A stretch of DNA of 64,000 nucleotides from Eledone cirrhosa. Lineage: Eukaryota. Below are positions 43,688 to 58,059 of the stretch, piece by piece. Location: positions 113,150,001 through 113,214,000 of the forward strand of contig OZ024741.1 of the NCBI GenBank assembly GCA_964016885.1, written 5' to 3'. Numbering within the stretch: the first letter of the stretch is position 1; every line of letters begins with the position of its first letter. The notes below the pieces were generated by a model. That model had not been told where the DNA came from. It searched no databases and saw nothing but the letters and a program-made list of their open reading frames with translations. A program made the position numbers and the translations under genes.

Positions 43688-45143
43688 CAAATGTACATAC
43701 ACTGACACACATACATACAAGTAAACAGAAACATACATGCATGTAGACACTCACATGCATATTTTTTCCACTTTTAATCTATTCTCTTTGAAAAGGATCT
43801 GTTAGCTCAAAAATACAGAAAAGAAAAATGTATGCTTTTAACAAAAGAATTGTTGTGGTTTTCAAATCAGTAGTATATATATATATATATACTTTAGGGT
43901 TGGGTAGGTCTTTTACAACACAGACTCCCTCCACTCATTGCGTTCCTTCACCATCACCTGTGTGAGCATCGGTGATCAGAGATCAGCTCATTCATGCTTT
44001 GTCATCTACATCCACTAATATTGCACATCATCATCATTAACATACACCGGTTCTTCTAGGCTGGTATGGGTTGAACAGACTGGAACCATTTATCCTGCCA
44101 TCAGTACTAGAAAGGCAGTCTGCAGAAGTACTAAAGAGTCCATCATCTTTTCTCTATATCAGTTTTTATTCATATTGACAGCTCTCCTTAATATGTTAAT
44201 TATATTGCAGCTTGTGTTGTTCTCTGCCTTAATTTGGCTAGAGAGAACACCTTGTCCAGCAATTGCATTAGGAATGGATGGGTATGTTTGCTTCCACCTA
44301 ACTATCACTTCTGGTCTTAGGAAAGATGAAAGTGACTGGGTGAGAGGAATAGAGCTGGTGGTGAATGTTATAAAGAGTAATAGAATGATATTATTGGATC
44401 ATATGTTGAAGAAGGATGAAAGTGACTGCGCAAGAAGAATGAAGAAAATGAATGTGGAAGAAAGTAGAGGAGTGAGAAGAGCAATGACATGGTGAAAGAT
44501 GATGGAGAAAGAAATGAAAGCCAGGTATTTGTTAAGGGGAGATGTAGTTGATATGGTTAAAGGGAGATGATTCTCATTGGACTTCATATAACTGTCCCTC
44601 TACTTTAGCAAAGGAAATGGCCTTGAAATTCTTGCTTGTGTTGTATGTACAGAGCCTTAACTTTTGCTTGTGTTTATAAACTGAGGTACACACATATAAG
44701 TATACATGGGGGTTTGTATTAGGATGATTTTATTTCTCTTTCTTTTAGAAAAAAACTAGTTATTGCAATATATCATGTGAATTATATCTTCTATGGTATG
44801 GATTTCCATTGTCACATGTAACAATAACACGTTGAATATCTTAGTTTCTTAGACGATATCATAATTTATTTTTTCTTATGGCATATATTTTTCTTGCAAT
44901 GTATAACACACACACACACACATATATAAAGTGTTATAGCCATCTATCACATATATTACAGATAAGAACATGATAAAATGCAATTATTTTTACTTGTATC
45001 ATATAAACGTTTTATACAATTGGAATGTTATTGCTTCAGAGCAAAGAGGGTAGATCGTTATTAGAATGAAAACCTGAACAATGCTTTCCATGTCATCATC
45101 ATCATCGCATTTATTTTTCCATACTTGCATCAGTTGGATATAC

Positions 45144-45196
<53 letters not shown>

Positions 45197-45314
45197 CACT
45201 GACCTTCTGACTCCTAATTGGGGCTATGACAAGGCTTGTATGTTTTTAACCAGGTGGTGACCACCCCCTCTAGATTTGTATTCAAGAAATTTATTATTCT
45301 TATTATTATACTTA

Positions 45315-45505
45315 GGCGGTGGATTGGCTGTATAGATAAAGGGTCGGACGCCATGCTTTGTAGCAAAGAGTTATGGTGCTTTATGGTCTGAGTTCAAATC
45401 CCGCCGAGGTTAACTTTGCCTTTCATCCTTAAGGGGTCGATAAAATATAGTACCAGTAATGTACTGGGTAATTGCTGGCCTTGTGCCAAAAGTAGAAACA
45501 ATTAT
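45315..45505 (+). mobile_element. tRNA-derived SINE (S1), full length
   Basis: Head, B-box, central domain and tail all present. Confidence 0.85.
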
Positions 45506-45714
45506 TATACTGAGAGAAAGTGAAAAAGAAGAAACAATCCCAGTGCTGAATTGGTACCTTATATTTCAACCCTAAAAGTGTAGAAGGCAAAGTTATCGTC
45601 AGCAATATATGAACTGAGTGAAGAGAGCTGAAATGAAAACTGCAAAGCATTCTAGTTGATAGAATGCATAATCACACACAAATGAATATATATATATAAA
45701 TATATATAAAAAAC

Positions 45715-47600
45715 TTATACAATTATCAAAGTTGTGTTCATATCATTTAATAGCTGACAATCGTTTCTTCCAAACTCTCGTTTGGAGTCATCGGAGCATT
45801 ATCAATGTTTGCACATATAATTAACCTCCTATTCAACTGAACAATAATATAGATACATATAAATTGATGTTGTGAGCAACAGTTTCGTATTTATAGGGTG
45901 GAATGGATGTGACATATATTTTACGAGAATTGTGCGATGATTGTACAAGTTCAAATTCAAATTCAAATTAAATTAAAATCAAAAGCACGGAGTGGAACAC
46001 ATGCAACAGTTAAAGCAAGGGAATAGTCCAAATATTAAAGAGGCGTTGAGGAAGCAGTTTTGAGAAAGGAAGTGTGCAATAACAATTCGTATGTAGGCGT
46101 GTGGATAGTGTGACTGCGTAAGTCATATACATGAGATGGAGACAAGCAAAGCTATTATGCATATATAGATGAATAAATATTGCAGTTAAAGCAAATATGT
46201 TAATGTATTAGAGTCTATGGTGGATATTGATGGTGTTCGAATTAATGTGTGTTGAGAAACATACAGTTTTTGCAGACTTTTCCATGACATATGTTGAGTT
46301 AAATTTTAGTTAATATTTATATTGAGTGTTTTAAGTTAGTTAGAACAATGGATTGTAAATTAGTCTTAATGAATTCATATTCATAGACTATATTTGACCA
46401 ACCGTTAAATTTTCAATCATTAATTTCCGGAAGTGAATAAGGGGAGCTAATGTGTAAGGGGAGGTAACTAGCTAATTAAGTTCAATTCAGTTATTGAAAT
46501 GCTTTGTTCTAATACACAATATAATGTGATACCATTGGATCTCTGTTACATAACCCTGTATATTTATGCCTGATTTTAAATACAGTGTATTCTACTATCA
46601 TACATTAAAGGTTTCTTTAGATTGTTATCTATTCATTACTGGACAAGGTATATGTTATGAAGGATTGTACAGCCGTTAATATGTCATAATAGATATGCCA
46701 TATGTGCAATAATATAATCCCTAATATAGAATGCTATTACATTTTATATTTAATTATAAATGTATATATACTTTATTATTATTATGTTGTGTAGTTTATG
46801 TGAACACCAACTCTAACCACCCAAGCATTTCAATAACTGAATTGAACTTAATTAGCTAGTTACCTCCCCTTACACATTAGCTCCCCTTATTCACTTCCGG
46901 AAATTAATGATTGAAAATTTAACGGTTGATCAAATATAATCTATGAATATGAATTCATTAAGACTAATTTACAATCCATTGCTCTAACTAACTTAAAACA
47001 CTCAATATAAATATTAACTAAAATTTAACTCAACATATGTCATGGAAAAGTCTGCAAAAACTGTATGTTTCTCAACACACGTTAATTCGAACACCATCAA
47101 CATTTACCATAGACTCTAATACATTAACATATTTGCTTTAACTGCAGTATTTATTCATCTATATATGCATAATAGCTTTGCTTGTCTCCTTCTCATGTAT
47201 ATGACTTACGCAGTCACACTATCTACACGCCTACATATGAATTGATATCGCACACTTCCTTTCTCAAAACTGCTTCCTCAACGCCTCTTTAATATTTGGA
47301 CTATTCCCTTGCTTTAACTGTTGCATGTATTCCACTCCGTGCTTTTGATTTTAATTTAATTTGAACTTGTACAATCATCGTACAATTCTCGTAAGATATA
47401 TGTCACATCCATTCCACCCTGTAAATACGAAACTGTTGCTCACAACATCAATTTATATGTATCTATATTATTGTTCAGTTGAATAGGAGGTTAATTATAT
47501 GTGCAAACATTGACAATGCTCCGATGATCCCAAACGAGAGTTTGGAAGAAACGATTGTCAGCTATTAAATGATTTGAACACAACTTTGATAATTGTATAA
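45715..47600. repeat. Large inverted repeat of a PLE-like 3' region: arms 45715-46504 and 46823-47600, 318-bp spacer
   Basis: Arms are reverse complements with few substitutions and one 12-bp indel; each carries a hammerhead-like motif. Confidence 0.9.
47515..47566 (+). ncRNA. Hammerhead-like motif with CCGATGA core (mirror copy 45749-45800 -)
   Basis: AATGCT-CCGATGA-TCCCAAAC(GAGA)GTTTGGAA-GAAA-CGATTG-TC-AGCTATT. Confidence 0.65.
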
Positions 47601-47713
47601 TTTATTTATTTAACTGCTCTTTAAAACAACTGATGTTCATACATTGAGCTATTTCTCTTACTGGTAATAAGATAATTTATAGTTGTATATACTACATGCA
47701 TAACTATAAATAG

Positions 47714-47793
<80 letters not shown>

Positions 47794-47801
<8 letters not shown>

Positions 47802-50800
47802 TAAAATAACAGATTAAAGTTTAAGCAAAGAATCGCTGCTTTCACCCTTAACGGGATCTTTGTGTATGTACGTATTTGCATTGTGTATGCATTTATTTAA
47901 TTTCTATTACCTCTTTATTGTATTTATTTACTTTATTCTTAACTCTGAAGCGGAGATTCATTCGGTTCCCTAGTTAGAATTTAGTCTACGACTTCAGCTA
48001 TACCATTTACGTGGTTTTGTCTTTGCTTGCAATTGTTCTTCACGCTCCACATATGACGTATTATCTTCGTTTTTTCCGTTCATTGCCAGAGAACGTCTCT
48101 ATGAACCACCTAAGAGAACATTAGTCTACGACTACTTTTATACCTTAAACGTGGTTCTGTCTTTGCGCGTAATTGTTTTTCACCGCTCCTATCAATGACG
48201 TATTATATTCGTTTTTCCCGTTCTTTGTCAGGGAACGTTTCCACGAACCAAAGTATCGTCTTCCTGTCTTCCTCCGGTTGCAACGTTTTTTGAAATATCC
48301 ACTTCTGCGTTTACAGATTGACTTTGTTAGTTTCAGAAGATCCCGTTAAGGGTGAAAGCAGCGATTCTTTGCTTAAACTTTAATCTGTTATTTTAATAAA
48401 TATTTGCTCTACGGTTCTTATATATTTGATATATATTTATCTTTATCGAGCCCTCTTTGGATTTTAGTCTTCAAATTTATTATTATTACTATTTGGCTCC
48501 CTCGGTTGAGCACTCTATTGACTTATATTCATCATGCAGAAACAACATCTGAATATTTCTACAAAGAACATACCCGTACCAAGCAGGAAAACATACCTAA
48601 AACTCCTGATACAGAAAACAGACGCGTTCATTAAAAGGTTGCGTTGGCGTGCCTTTTATTTCGATAATCCGCGAAAAGCAGACAACAAACAGGATAAATT
48701 TGGGTTTAAAACCTATAATAACCCCCGTGTAACACAGCATTGCTACCCTTGGAAAATGATGTCTTGGAACTCATACGCAGTATCAAATTTTGGAATAGGA
48801 GCAATTCCTTCCAGCAGGACCTGAAGAATAGAATTCGTTCTATTAAGGATTCTAATGCCGTGCACGTCCATTCCGACAAAACTGGCAATCTATATCAAGT
48901 GGAGCGCAGTACTTACCATCAACTACTACATAATGCTGTAACTAAGGATTACCGTAAAACTAATCGGTGCGTCATCAATAAAATCAACGATGCTGGGTTT
49001 AAAATCACCTCTGATCTCAACATCCTGGACCGGACCGAACCTCTGGACCCTATTTCTCCCCACTTTACCCTGAAGGATCACAAATCCAATTTTCCGAACA
49101 ACCCCTCTATTCGGCTTATTAACCTTACGAAGTCCGATTTAGGTAGACTTAGTAAAAGGATTATTGATAGAATTATACCTTAAATTAGAAGTTTGGCCCC
49201 TCTTGCACTGTGGAACAATTCTTTCGCGGTTATTGATTGGTTCAACGGCATATGCAACAAGGAACATTGCCGTTTTATCCAATTCGACATCAACAATTAC
49301 TACTCCTCCATCACTTTACCACTTCTCCTTAGAGCTATCACACTAAAACACTCACAGTGGTTAAGGATTTCGAAGTTGATGTCATCCTCAATGCCCGTAA
49401 GTCGGTGATTAATTTCGACGACTCTATTTGGATTAAAAAATCCAATAGTACCCCATTCGACGTGAGTATGGGCGCCAGCGATTCTGCGGAGGTTACTGAT
49501 CTTATCGGCCTTTTCCTTCTTTTCTCTATCAAGGGCGAATTCCCCAACGCGGGCGGTGGTTTGTACCGTGATGATGGTCTTTTGACCATGACTAAGTGCG
49601 GACCTCGCGCTTGCGACAGGTTCAGAAAAGAACTCACAGCCTTCTTTAAAGGCTTCAACCTCTCTATACAGGTTGAGGCCAATCTCTCGGTCCTTAATTA
49701 CATCGACGTTACCCTCAATTTATCGAATGGGTTGTATTACCCGTATAGAAAGCCGAATGATACGCTTAATTACATAAGAAAGCATTCCAACCATCTTGCC
49801 AGCATAACCAAGAAACTGGTAAAAAACGTTTCGTTGAGGCTTTCCCGACTTACGGGCATATTTTCAACGACCATTCCACTTATTACAATGAAGCTCTTGC
49901 TCGTAGTGGATTTGTCGATAAGGTAGCATATACAGAGTACGAAAATAGACCTAGAAGAAATAGATCCCGTCGCATTTGTTGGTATAACCCACCATATAAT
50001 ATGGAGGTGGCCACACCATTAGCTAAGATCTTTCTTTCCCTTATTACGAAGCATTTTCCCCCTACACATAAATATAGTAAAATTTTTAATAGAAATACTA
50101 TTGAAATTTCTTACTCTACGACTCCGAACCTTGCACATAACATCACAGCTTCAAATTTAGCTAAACTACCTAGCCGTAGGAACACGTGCAACCCTGTAGT
50201 TAGTACTAACTGTAATTGTAGGAATCGGGTTGATTGCCGCCTATCCAGGAAATGCCTCTCTAGTAACATTGTCTACAAATGTAAGGTTGAAACACCCACG
50301 TCCCGTAGGGCCTACATAGGGTTAACCGCCAATAGATTCAAGCAGCGTCCATTACATGCATACCCATTCTTTTCGTTACCTTCTAAGAAGGAATATGACG
50401 TCACTTTCAGCTTATATCTGGAGTCTAAAAGACAACCACACCCAATTTAAGTTACACTGAGAGATCCTAGCTAGGGCTAGATCGTATAACGGAAATAAAA
50501 GACCATGTGACCTCTGCGCCGCTGAGGCCCTGGAAATACTCTACGCCACAGACCACATCTAAAAAAAAAATCTGAGGCAATTTCGGCTTGTAAACATAAA
50601 TTGCACAAAACTTTCCTGTATTACAGCCCCACATTATACCCTAACGGATAGTACGATCTATACGTGGATATTTTACGTCTTGATGTGGTAGCTAAGTATA
50701 TGTTTTGTTTATACCATTACTTATTTGCATAGGTAAGTATATATTACCTGTATGTTTTGTGAAGGTACGTATACTTTTTCATACGTATATTTGATTGATT

Positions 50801-51752
50801 ATGTTATGGCGTATACATTTTCTATATATTCTGGTACATATGGTTTGGTTATGTGTACACGGGAGATTTGCGTCTGCGTGATTATGCAGGTTCATACGTA
50901 TGTAGGGTGTGTGTTTATGTGTACTTCATGTTTTGGTTGACTTACGTCCCCGAACATTTGTGTATTTACATGTAGGTATGTGTGTGCGCTTGTTATATAC
51001 GTATTTATTTATTTATATACGTTTATTTAATTATTTATTTATTTGTATACACGCACACACACACACATATTTATATGTGCGTGGTTTTGTATACCTATGG
51101 CAAGTGTTTTGCGTATGCTTGTGTATGTACGTATTTGCATTGTGTATGCATTTATTTAATTTCTATTACCTCTGTATTGTATTTATTTACTTTATTCTTA
51201 ACTCTGTAGCGGAGATTCATTCGGTTTCCTAGTTAGAATTTAGTCTACGACTTCAGCTATACCATTTACGTGGTTTTGTCTTTGCTTGCAATTGTTCTCC
51301 ACGCTCCACATATGACGTATTATCTTCGTTTTTTCCGTTCATTGCCAGAGAACGTCTCTATGAACCACCTAAGAGAACATTAGTCTACGACTACTTTTAT
51401 ACCTTAAACGTGGATCTGTCTTTGCGCGTAATTGTTTTTCACCGCTCCTATTAATGACGTATTATATTCGTTTTTTCCCGTTCTTTGCCAGCGAACGTTA
51501 CCCCGAACCAAAGTATCGTCTTCCTGTCTTCCTCCGGTTGCAACGTTTTTTGAAATATCCAGTTCTGCGTTTACATATTGACTTTGTTAGTTTCAGAAGA
51601 TCCCGTTAAGGGTGAAAGCAGCAATTCTTTGCTTAAACTTTAATCAGTTATTTTAATAAATATTTGCTCTACGGTTCTTATACATTTGATATATATTTAT
51701 CCTTATCGAGCCCTCTTTGGATTTTAGTCTTCAAATTTATTATTATTACTAT
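47794..51752 (+). mobile_element. Near full-length Penelope-like element (family P2): inverted tip 47794-47859, pseudo-LTRs 47860-48492 and 51120-51752, disrupted RT-GIY-YIG ORF 48534-50650
   Basis: STKNIPVPS, SDKTGN, QFDINNYY, SMGASDSAE, LYRDDG, HSNH, NIVYKC...AYIGLT; about 630-bp direct repeats offset by 3260 bp. Confidence 0.92.
48329..48379 (+). ncRNA. Hammerhead-like motif with CAGAAGA core (second copy 51589-51639)
   Basis: AGTTT-CAGAAGA-TCCC(GTTAA)GGGT-GAAA-GCA(9 nt)TGC-TT-AAACT. Confidence 0.65.
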
Positions 51753-51761
51753 ATATATATA

Positions 51762-52684
51762 TATTGGTATACTTTGGGAGGGTCATGTTGCCAATAAGAA
51801 ACACACGCACCAGTTGCTTTCACTTCAATTTATTATATATCTATAAATTTCTGGTTGGTTGGTTGGTTCCACAACCAGATAGTTGTTTATATATAGTCAT
51901 AGTCCTTTCGTCACACACTCTGTGACCTCTTCAGTGACTGGGGATTCCTTTCTTTGTCTCCGTGCCTCTCCTTTGTTCTGTCCTACGCCATTTTGTTTCT
52001 GTGTGTGTGTTGTGTGCTCAGTTTGCGCATGCGCCACATCCGGGTGTCTGTGTGTGTTTATGTTCATTTATCTATTTGTTTATTTATTTATTTATTTACA
52101 TGTTATTGGTTGGTTGTTGTTCTATGTGTGTGTGTGTTTTCATTTTGTCCTTAATTGTAAGTTGTGATGTTGCTGTTCCACTCATATTTTCTATTTAATT
52201 TTGGTTGTAATTCTTTTATGTTTATTGCCTCTGTAATTTGTCTAAACATTGCATCTTTTCTGTGTGTAGATTCTATTTTTATTTCTATGTTCTCTAATTT
52301 ACCCTTGTGTTCTATCTTAGCATGTTGGTAGAGTACAGATGATTCTTTATTATCTTGAAGGTCTCGCCAGTGTTCATTTATCCGTTCCCCTATACTACGA
52401 GCTGTCTCACCTATGTACACTATATTTTTGTTTCTACATTGTCCTTCAGTACATCTTATGCTATACACTACATTTCTAATTTTACAGTTAATATGGGGGC
52501 TTATTTTACAGGTTATACATTTCTTATCTATACATGAGGGTCTTTGGAAAGGGTATGTCTTGCTAATAAGTGTTTTTACGGAGGTACCTGGTCTTATTGG
52601 CAACATGACCCTCCCAATGTATAACAATATCGGTTTCAACACACGATTTCAGATAAAGAATCTTGCTAAACAAATTCAGAAACG

Positions 52685-52688
<4 letters not shown>
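51762..52688 (-). mobile_element. 5'-truncated Penelope-like element (family P3, related to P1) with inverted tip 52591-52688
   Basis: NVVYSIRCTEGQC...VYIGETARSIGER GIY-YIG; pseudo-LTR shared with 63501-64000. Confidence 0.88.
51895..51939 (-). ncRNA. Minimal type I hammerhead (second copy 63668-63712)
   Basis: AGTCA-CTGAAGA-G-GTCACA(GAGTG)TGTGAC-GAAA-GGAC-TA-TGACT. Confidence 0.75.
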
Positions 52689-52718
<30 letters not shown>

Positions 52719-52721
<3 letters not shown>

Positions 52722-52983
52722 AAAAGTCAGTTCAAAAGTGACACAGAGGAGACTGAGGTTAGCTGGACATGCTCACCGACATCCAGAGTTGACATTGCAC
52801 TCAGTACTCCTTTGGGAGCCCCTACATGGACACACTAGAAGAGGAAGACCAAGGTTAACGTATGTTGATGCCCTCAGGACAGACACTGGTCTGTTGGAGA
52901 TGCAGGACATGGCAGCGATAATGAGGGACAGAGACGGCTGGTGAGAACTCGTCCATGGATCTCGGGAATTTTACCCGCCTTAG
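52719..52983 (+). pseudogene. C-terminal fragment of an RTE-group LINE
   Basis: RRLRLAGHAHRHPE...LLWEP.HG..RRGRPRLTYVD.LR.DTGL. Confidence 0.7.
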
Positions 52984-53030
52984 ATATATATATCATCATC
53001 ATCATTTCATTTTACGTCCACTTTTTCCCA

Positions 53031-53066
<36 letters not shown>

Positions 53067-53117
53067 TGTATGTATGTATGTATGTGTGTTTGTGTGTGGG
53101 CATATTCACATTAATTT

Positions 53118-53159
<42 letters not shown>

Positions 53160-53732
53160 GATGCAGATAAAGATGTGATATATAAAGTGAGGAGTTGGAG
53201 CGTATGATATTATATACTTATAGGTTTAACATAACACAATACGTTTGTGTCAATATGGATGTCTTTATATAGAACACAATATATAGAATCACCAATTATT
53301 AATATTGAATGAAACTTTCTGTGTAACAAGCCAACTGGTGAGAATGAATGTTGTATACGTATTTATTCATTTTTCAAAATGTCATAAATACCATGTAATT
53401 ACTATAGAATAATATATTTTATAATTACAACACAATTACATATTGAAGCATATGAGTAAATCAATTGTTATACAGAAAACAGCATGTGTTTAGAAAGTCA
53501 GGAAAATTAGTATTGAAAGTGTAGCTCATGCAAGTATGTAACAGAGTCAAGCAAGGCAATATAAACCTACATATTTAATATATATATTTTGGTATTTCTT
53601 AAGAACCAAATGACATTGCATATGTTTTGCAAGCATATACAATTCAGTATAAGCATTACATGAATATCATTAGGATAGAAAAGTAAGTCATGTACTAAGA
53701 TATATATATATATAGAGAGAGATAGATATGTG

Positions 53733-54165
53733 TATCCAGGTTCAGTCTGGGTTAACCACAGTAAGTAAGGTACTGAATACATAGCAGAGTATTAATTTTT
53801 AATATAGAAATGGCTTCTACAGGACTAGAACTGTTTCATTTGAAGGAAATCATCAGGAAAGCCGATTGTTAATATGATATGATGGTATTTATACATTTTC
53901 TGGTGGTAGGGGAAGGTGGTGATTGGGATGGGTGGAGGTCATTGGGTGATGGATTTAAAGAATGGAAATTCTTTGCAAAAACTATATTTAGAGAAAAATA
54001 CATAGTGATAATGATACAAATGCATTCTGTAATTTACAAGGTTCATTTATGTATGTGTGTGTGCGTGTGTGTGTGCGCGTGTGTGTGTGTGCGAGTCTCG
54101 GTTCAATTGGAGGTAACCCCAGTAAGTAATCTAGTAGAAGCCATTTCTATATTTAATATAGAAAT
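53733..54165 (-). mobile_element. PLE-like terminal fragment with hammerhead (53812-53863) and short inverted tip; same family as 29265-29460
   Basis: GGCTTTC-CTGATGA-...-GAAA-CAG(TTCTAGTC)CTG-TA-GAAGCC; TAGAAGCCATTTCTATAT inverted at 54135. Confidence 0.65.
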
Positions 54166-54219
54166 TTTCAGGGTTCATTTATATCAAATTTCTAAATTAA
54201 ATTTGATATATATATATAA

Positions 54220-55131
54220 TCTATATATATAAAACTGTGGTTGTCTGTCTGTCTATCGATTTTTGGCACACATCTCCTCTTAGAATCTCTGACGGAATTG
54301 CACCGAAATTGCTATACTTGTACATTGAGCCCTAGCGAAGACATCGGAAAAAAAATATTTCAAATTGACCCACCCTATGTGACGAAATCGAATATAATTT
54401 ATCGATTTTTGAGCGTAAGTTATCAGTTATTTCCCTTTGTTCTGTTTACATTGAGCGTCTTACGTAAAAAATTACGCTGGCTTTCTCAGCGTTTAAAATG
54501 ACATTAACACAATACACGAACAGTTGTCGAGCCAGCAAAATATTGACCTGCAAAATTCATCAGTTCGAACACTAAGCTTCCGTTTTGCTTCATTTCCATT
54601 TAAAAGCCTTTTAAAACAATATTTTTACTTGAAAACAAGTCTATTTAAAGACTACGTAAAACAAGCAAATATTTCGTAAAAAAAAGCAAAAATTATATAA
54701 GTTTATTTAAAATATATGTATCTGTAAATTTCGTTAGGCGTGCAGACAGACAGTCGTGCAGAGAGGTGATATACGCGTGCAGACAGACAGTCGTGCAGAG
54801 AGGTGATATAGGCGTGCAGACAGACATAACTGATAATTTGGTTACGCTAATGTTTTTCTCTGCGTTGCAGTGTTTACATTTTCGATCTTTGTTAATAAAT
54901 AACCAGTGCAGTTTTTATCCCCAGCATCCTCTTTTGTTATAACATTCGGGTTATCGTTATGTTTTCTTAACTTCATAAGGCATATTGTTGGTTGAGGGAA
55001 TATTAATCAAAAACACCACATGCAAGTCTGCACAGTAGACACTACAGTTTTTAAGTCAAAAAAGAAACTTAACATTGTAACTTTAACACAGCTACTGAGC
55101 GACCCCGAGCAACGCCGGGCTTTACTGCTAG
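54220..55131 (+). mobile_element. Non-autonomous Helitron with internal 37-bp tandem repeat
   Basis: A|TCTATATATATAAAA...GTCTGTCTGTC start; hairpin CCCGAGCAACGCCGGG, 8 nt, CTAG|T end; repeat at 54737-54825. Confidence 0.85.
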
Positions 55132-55137
55132 TCTAAT

Positions 55138-55330
55138 ATAATTGTTTCTACTTTTGGGACAAGGCCAGCAATTGCCCAGTACATTACTGCTACTTTATTT
55201 TATTGACCCCGTCCCCGTAAGGATGAAAGGCAAAGTTAACCTCAACAGGATTTGAACTCAGAATAGCAAGGGCCGTAACTCTAAGCTGCAAACCATGGTA
55301 TCCGACACTCTACCGATACTGCTAATTCAC
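55138..55330 (-). mobile_element. SINE (S1)
   Basis: Collinear with 2582-2770. Confidence 0.8.
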
Positions 55331-56002
55331 TCTGATTATAGTGGAGTATTTCACTATTATCTTTGATAAGGTCAGAAAAACTCTATGCACAGTAAATTCC
55401 TCCGTTCATCAGGAGTTTAAAACAGAGGAATAAGTCATCTACAGTTAAAGTTCTTGTTGTTGAGGACAGTTCAGGTAGCAGAGCATTAATATTTAATATG
55501 ACAAAAGACCCAGGTTAACAACTTTAATTCATTCTTTAATTTCTATGTCCGTTTAGATAATTTCCACTCCTGATAGTCTTACAACAAATACTACTCTAAC
55601 TGTATAAGGAAAAATAATTAATAACATTGTAAATAGTAATGATGTTAAGATTGTACATCAACCTATAATTTTGCATAGTCAAATATCTCTGTGTACAAAA
55701 TATGTTTTTTTAATTTAATTGCTTGCTCCTATGCACACTGTTTTGATATATAGTCTATTCTTGAAACCATTTGAAATTGGGGAACTTTGTTCTTTCTCAC
55801 ATTTTCCTGAAGATATGTGAGTTATAGGTATTATGTATGGTGTTAATAATTGATAATTAATTATTTCCAGTTGTTTATGTATCAATATACCATCGTAGCC
55901 GTATTGAAATGGGCATAGAAATTAAAGAATGATTTAAAGTTGTTAATCTTGGTCTTTTGTCATATTGTACACATACACACACACACATATATATATGTGT
56001 CA

Positions 56003-56173
56003 CACACTGTAAATGTGGTTGGCATTAAGAAAGGTATCCAGCTATAGAAACCCAGCCAGAAACAGCTCTGTATGTGCAAGAGATGGTCACCTGACCCAAC
56101 TTGCCTCAACTGGGACAACCCATCTAACCCATGCTAGTATGGAAAATAGATGTTAAACGAAGATGATGATGAT
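56003..56173 (+). mobile_element. RTE tail fragment
   Basis: Matches 4408-4579. Confidence 0.7.
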
Positions 56174-56931
56174 ATGTATACATATATCATATAGAAATGA
56201 CATCTACTGTGTCTTGTAGTTTCAGCTTGAGTAACTTATTTATCTGCCATTCGCTTCCATTCCACAGTGAGCTTACTGGATGTGCCAATCTCTGTTAGAC
56301 AGCCTTCATGTGAGGTATTATGCTACTTATTGTAGTGAGTCCCTCAAAATTATAATTAATTCAAATTACATCTATTGTAAGAAGAAAAAATAATTTTAAG
56401 AATTATTTCTGATCAAGAAAGACAAGGCAGACCACTCCAAATACAAAATAAACATAAGTTGAATGGGGAGATAGCTCTATGGTAGCAACCTCTACCTAAA
56501 CTTGACTTTATAATTTTCACATGGAAGATGTCACTTGGTCCCCCACTAGTAATGATTTTTGTTCTACTCATAAAATGTTTTGTCTTAGAAAAAGTTGTCA
56601 GATTTTAAATATTTGGTTTCATGACTGTTCTCTAATAAATTACTCAAATATGCTATATCATTATTGGTGATGTTTGTTTATATCCTGCTTAAATAGTTGT
56701 CCCACAACTATTTAACAACTATGAACAAAAATCTCTATTTAAAAAGAAAAGAAAAACACTAAAGACAAAACCTGCAAATGGTTGGTATCAGGAAAGGTAT
56801 CATGTAATAGAATACTGTCTCTTGTATGATCCAAGGAAGCATAGAAAAACCATCATGAAAACAAATGATGATAACGACGATGATGATTCCTATGATGATG
56901 ACATTAAGGGAATGATGAGAAGGAATTAAAA

Positions 56932-57122
56932 TATAATTGTTTCTACTTTTGGCACAAGGCCAGCAATTACCCAGTGTATTACTGGTACTTTATTTTATCG
57001 ACCCCATAAGGATGAAAGGCAAAGTTAACCTCGGCGGGATTTGAACTCAGAATGGCAAGGGCCGTAACTCTATGCGTCAAAGCGTGGCGTCCGAACCTCT
57101 ACTGATACTGCCAATCCACCCC
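56932..57122 (-). mobile_element. SINE (S1)
   Basis: Collinear with 2582-2770. Confidence 0.85.
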
Positions 57123-58059
57123 CCTTAGAAGTAATGAAAATATAATAAAGACAAACATGCTTTATAGGGGGGATTGAACTCTATTGAAAAGAAGGATTGG
57201 TTCCTATGAATTAACTGAACATTAAACAGATGAAGATTATTGTTTTTATCAATATTTGTATTTGTTTTTTACCAAGTTTTTTCAATTTTCTCATATATAA
57301 TTTTTTCTTTGTAAAATTTATATTTGTATATTTATTTTTTTTTCTTGGTAAAAAATTTTGTGAAAAATAATGAAAATCAATTGCTTCTTCCTTCTACTTG
57401 GTTCCCCCTCCACATTTTTCAGTACCATGCTTCGTCCTAGCCACCTTCTTCTGGCTATTTAATTAGTTGAAATTTCATTCTAAGGTATATTTCCTCTAGC
57501 TAATTATTTGTATTCCAGAAAAAGAAAATAAAAAAAATCGTTTATCAGATTAGCCAGGCAATTTATCATTCTGAATTTTTCCAATAAGGCAATAAAGAAG
57601 AGGAGAAAAAAGAAAAATATGATGTTGATGATGATGTTGTTGGTGATGACTATAATGATGGGAATGATGATAGTGATGATAATGATGGTGATGATGATGA
57701 TGATAGTGATGTCATACCAGTCTTTATTATAGGTGTGTTCAATAATTCAAATAAAGACATTCCTCAGCTAAGTCTTCATTTGTGTGTGTTTGTATATGGA
57801 TTTGTGTGTGTGCATGTGTGTGTGCATATGTAGTGGAGGGCTTCATAACAGTATCCCATTTTTATGATCAATTCTAGTGAAATGTATAGTGCTTTAGATT
57901 TTAATCTTATAAAAACAATAGATTCTCAGGTGCCTAGGCTGTGAGTAAGAGGCAGAGCAGAGAGGGAAGAGAAGTGGAATAGTTTTATTTCCTTTCCTTT
58001 CTCCATTCTTTCATTCTTATCTTTATATATATATATGTGGATGTGTCTCTGGGTGGGTA

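Noticed and set aside
55378-55418. CTGATGA with a 6-bp stem I on the minus strand
   Set aside because: No GAAA or stem II in the required position
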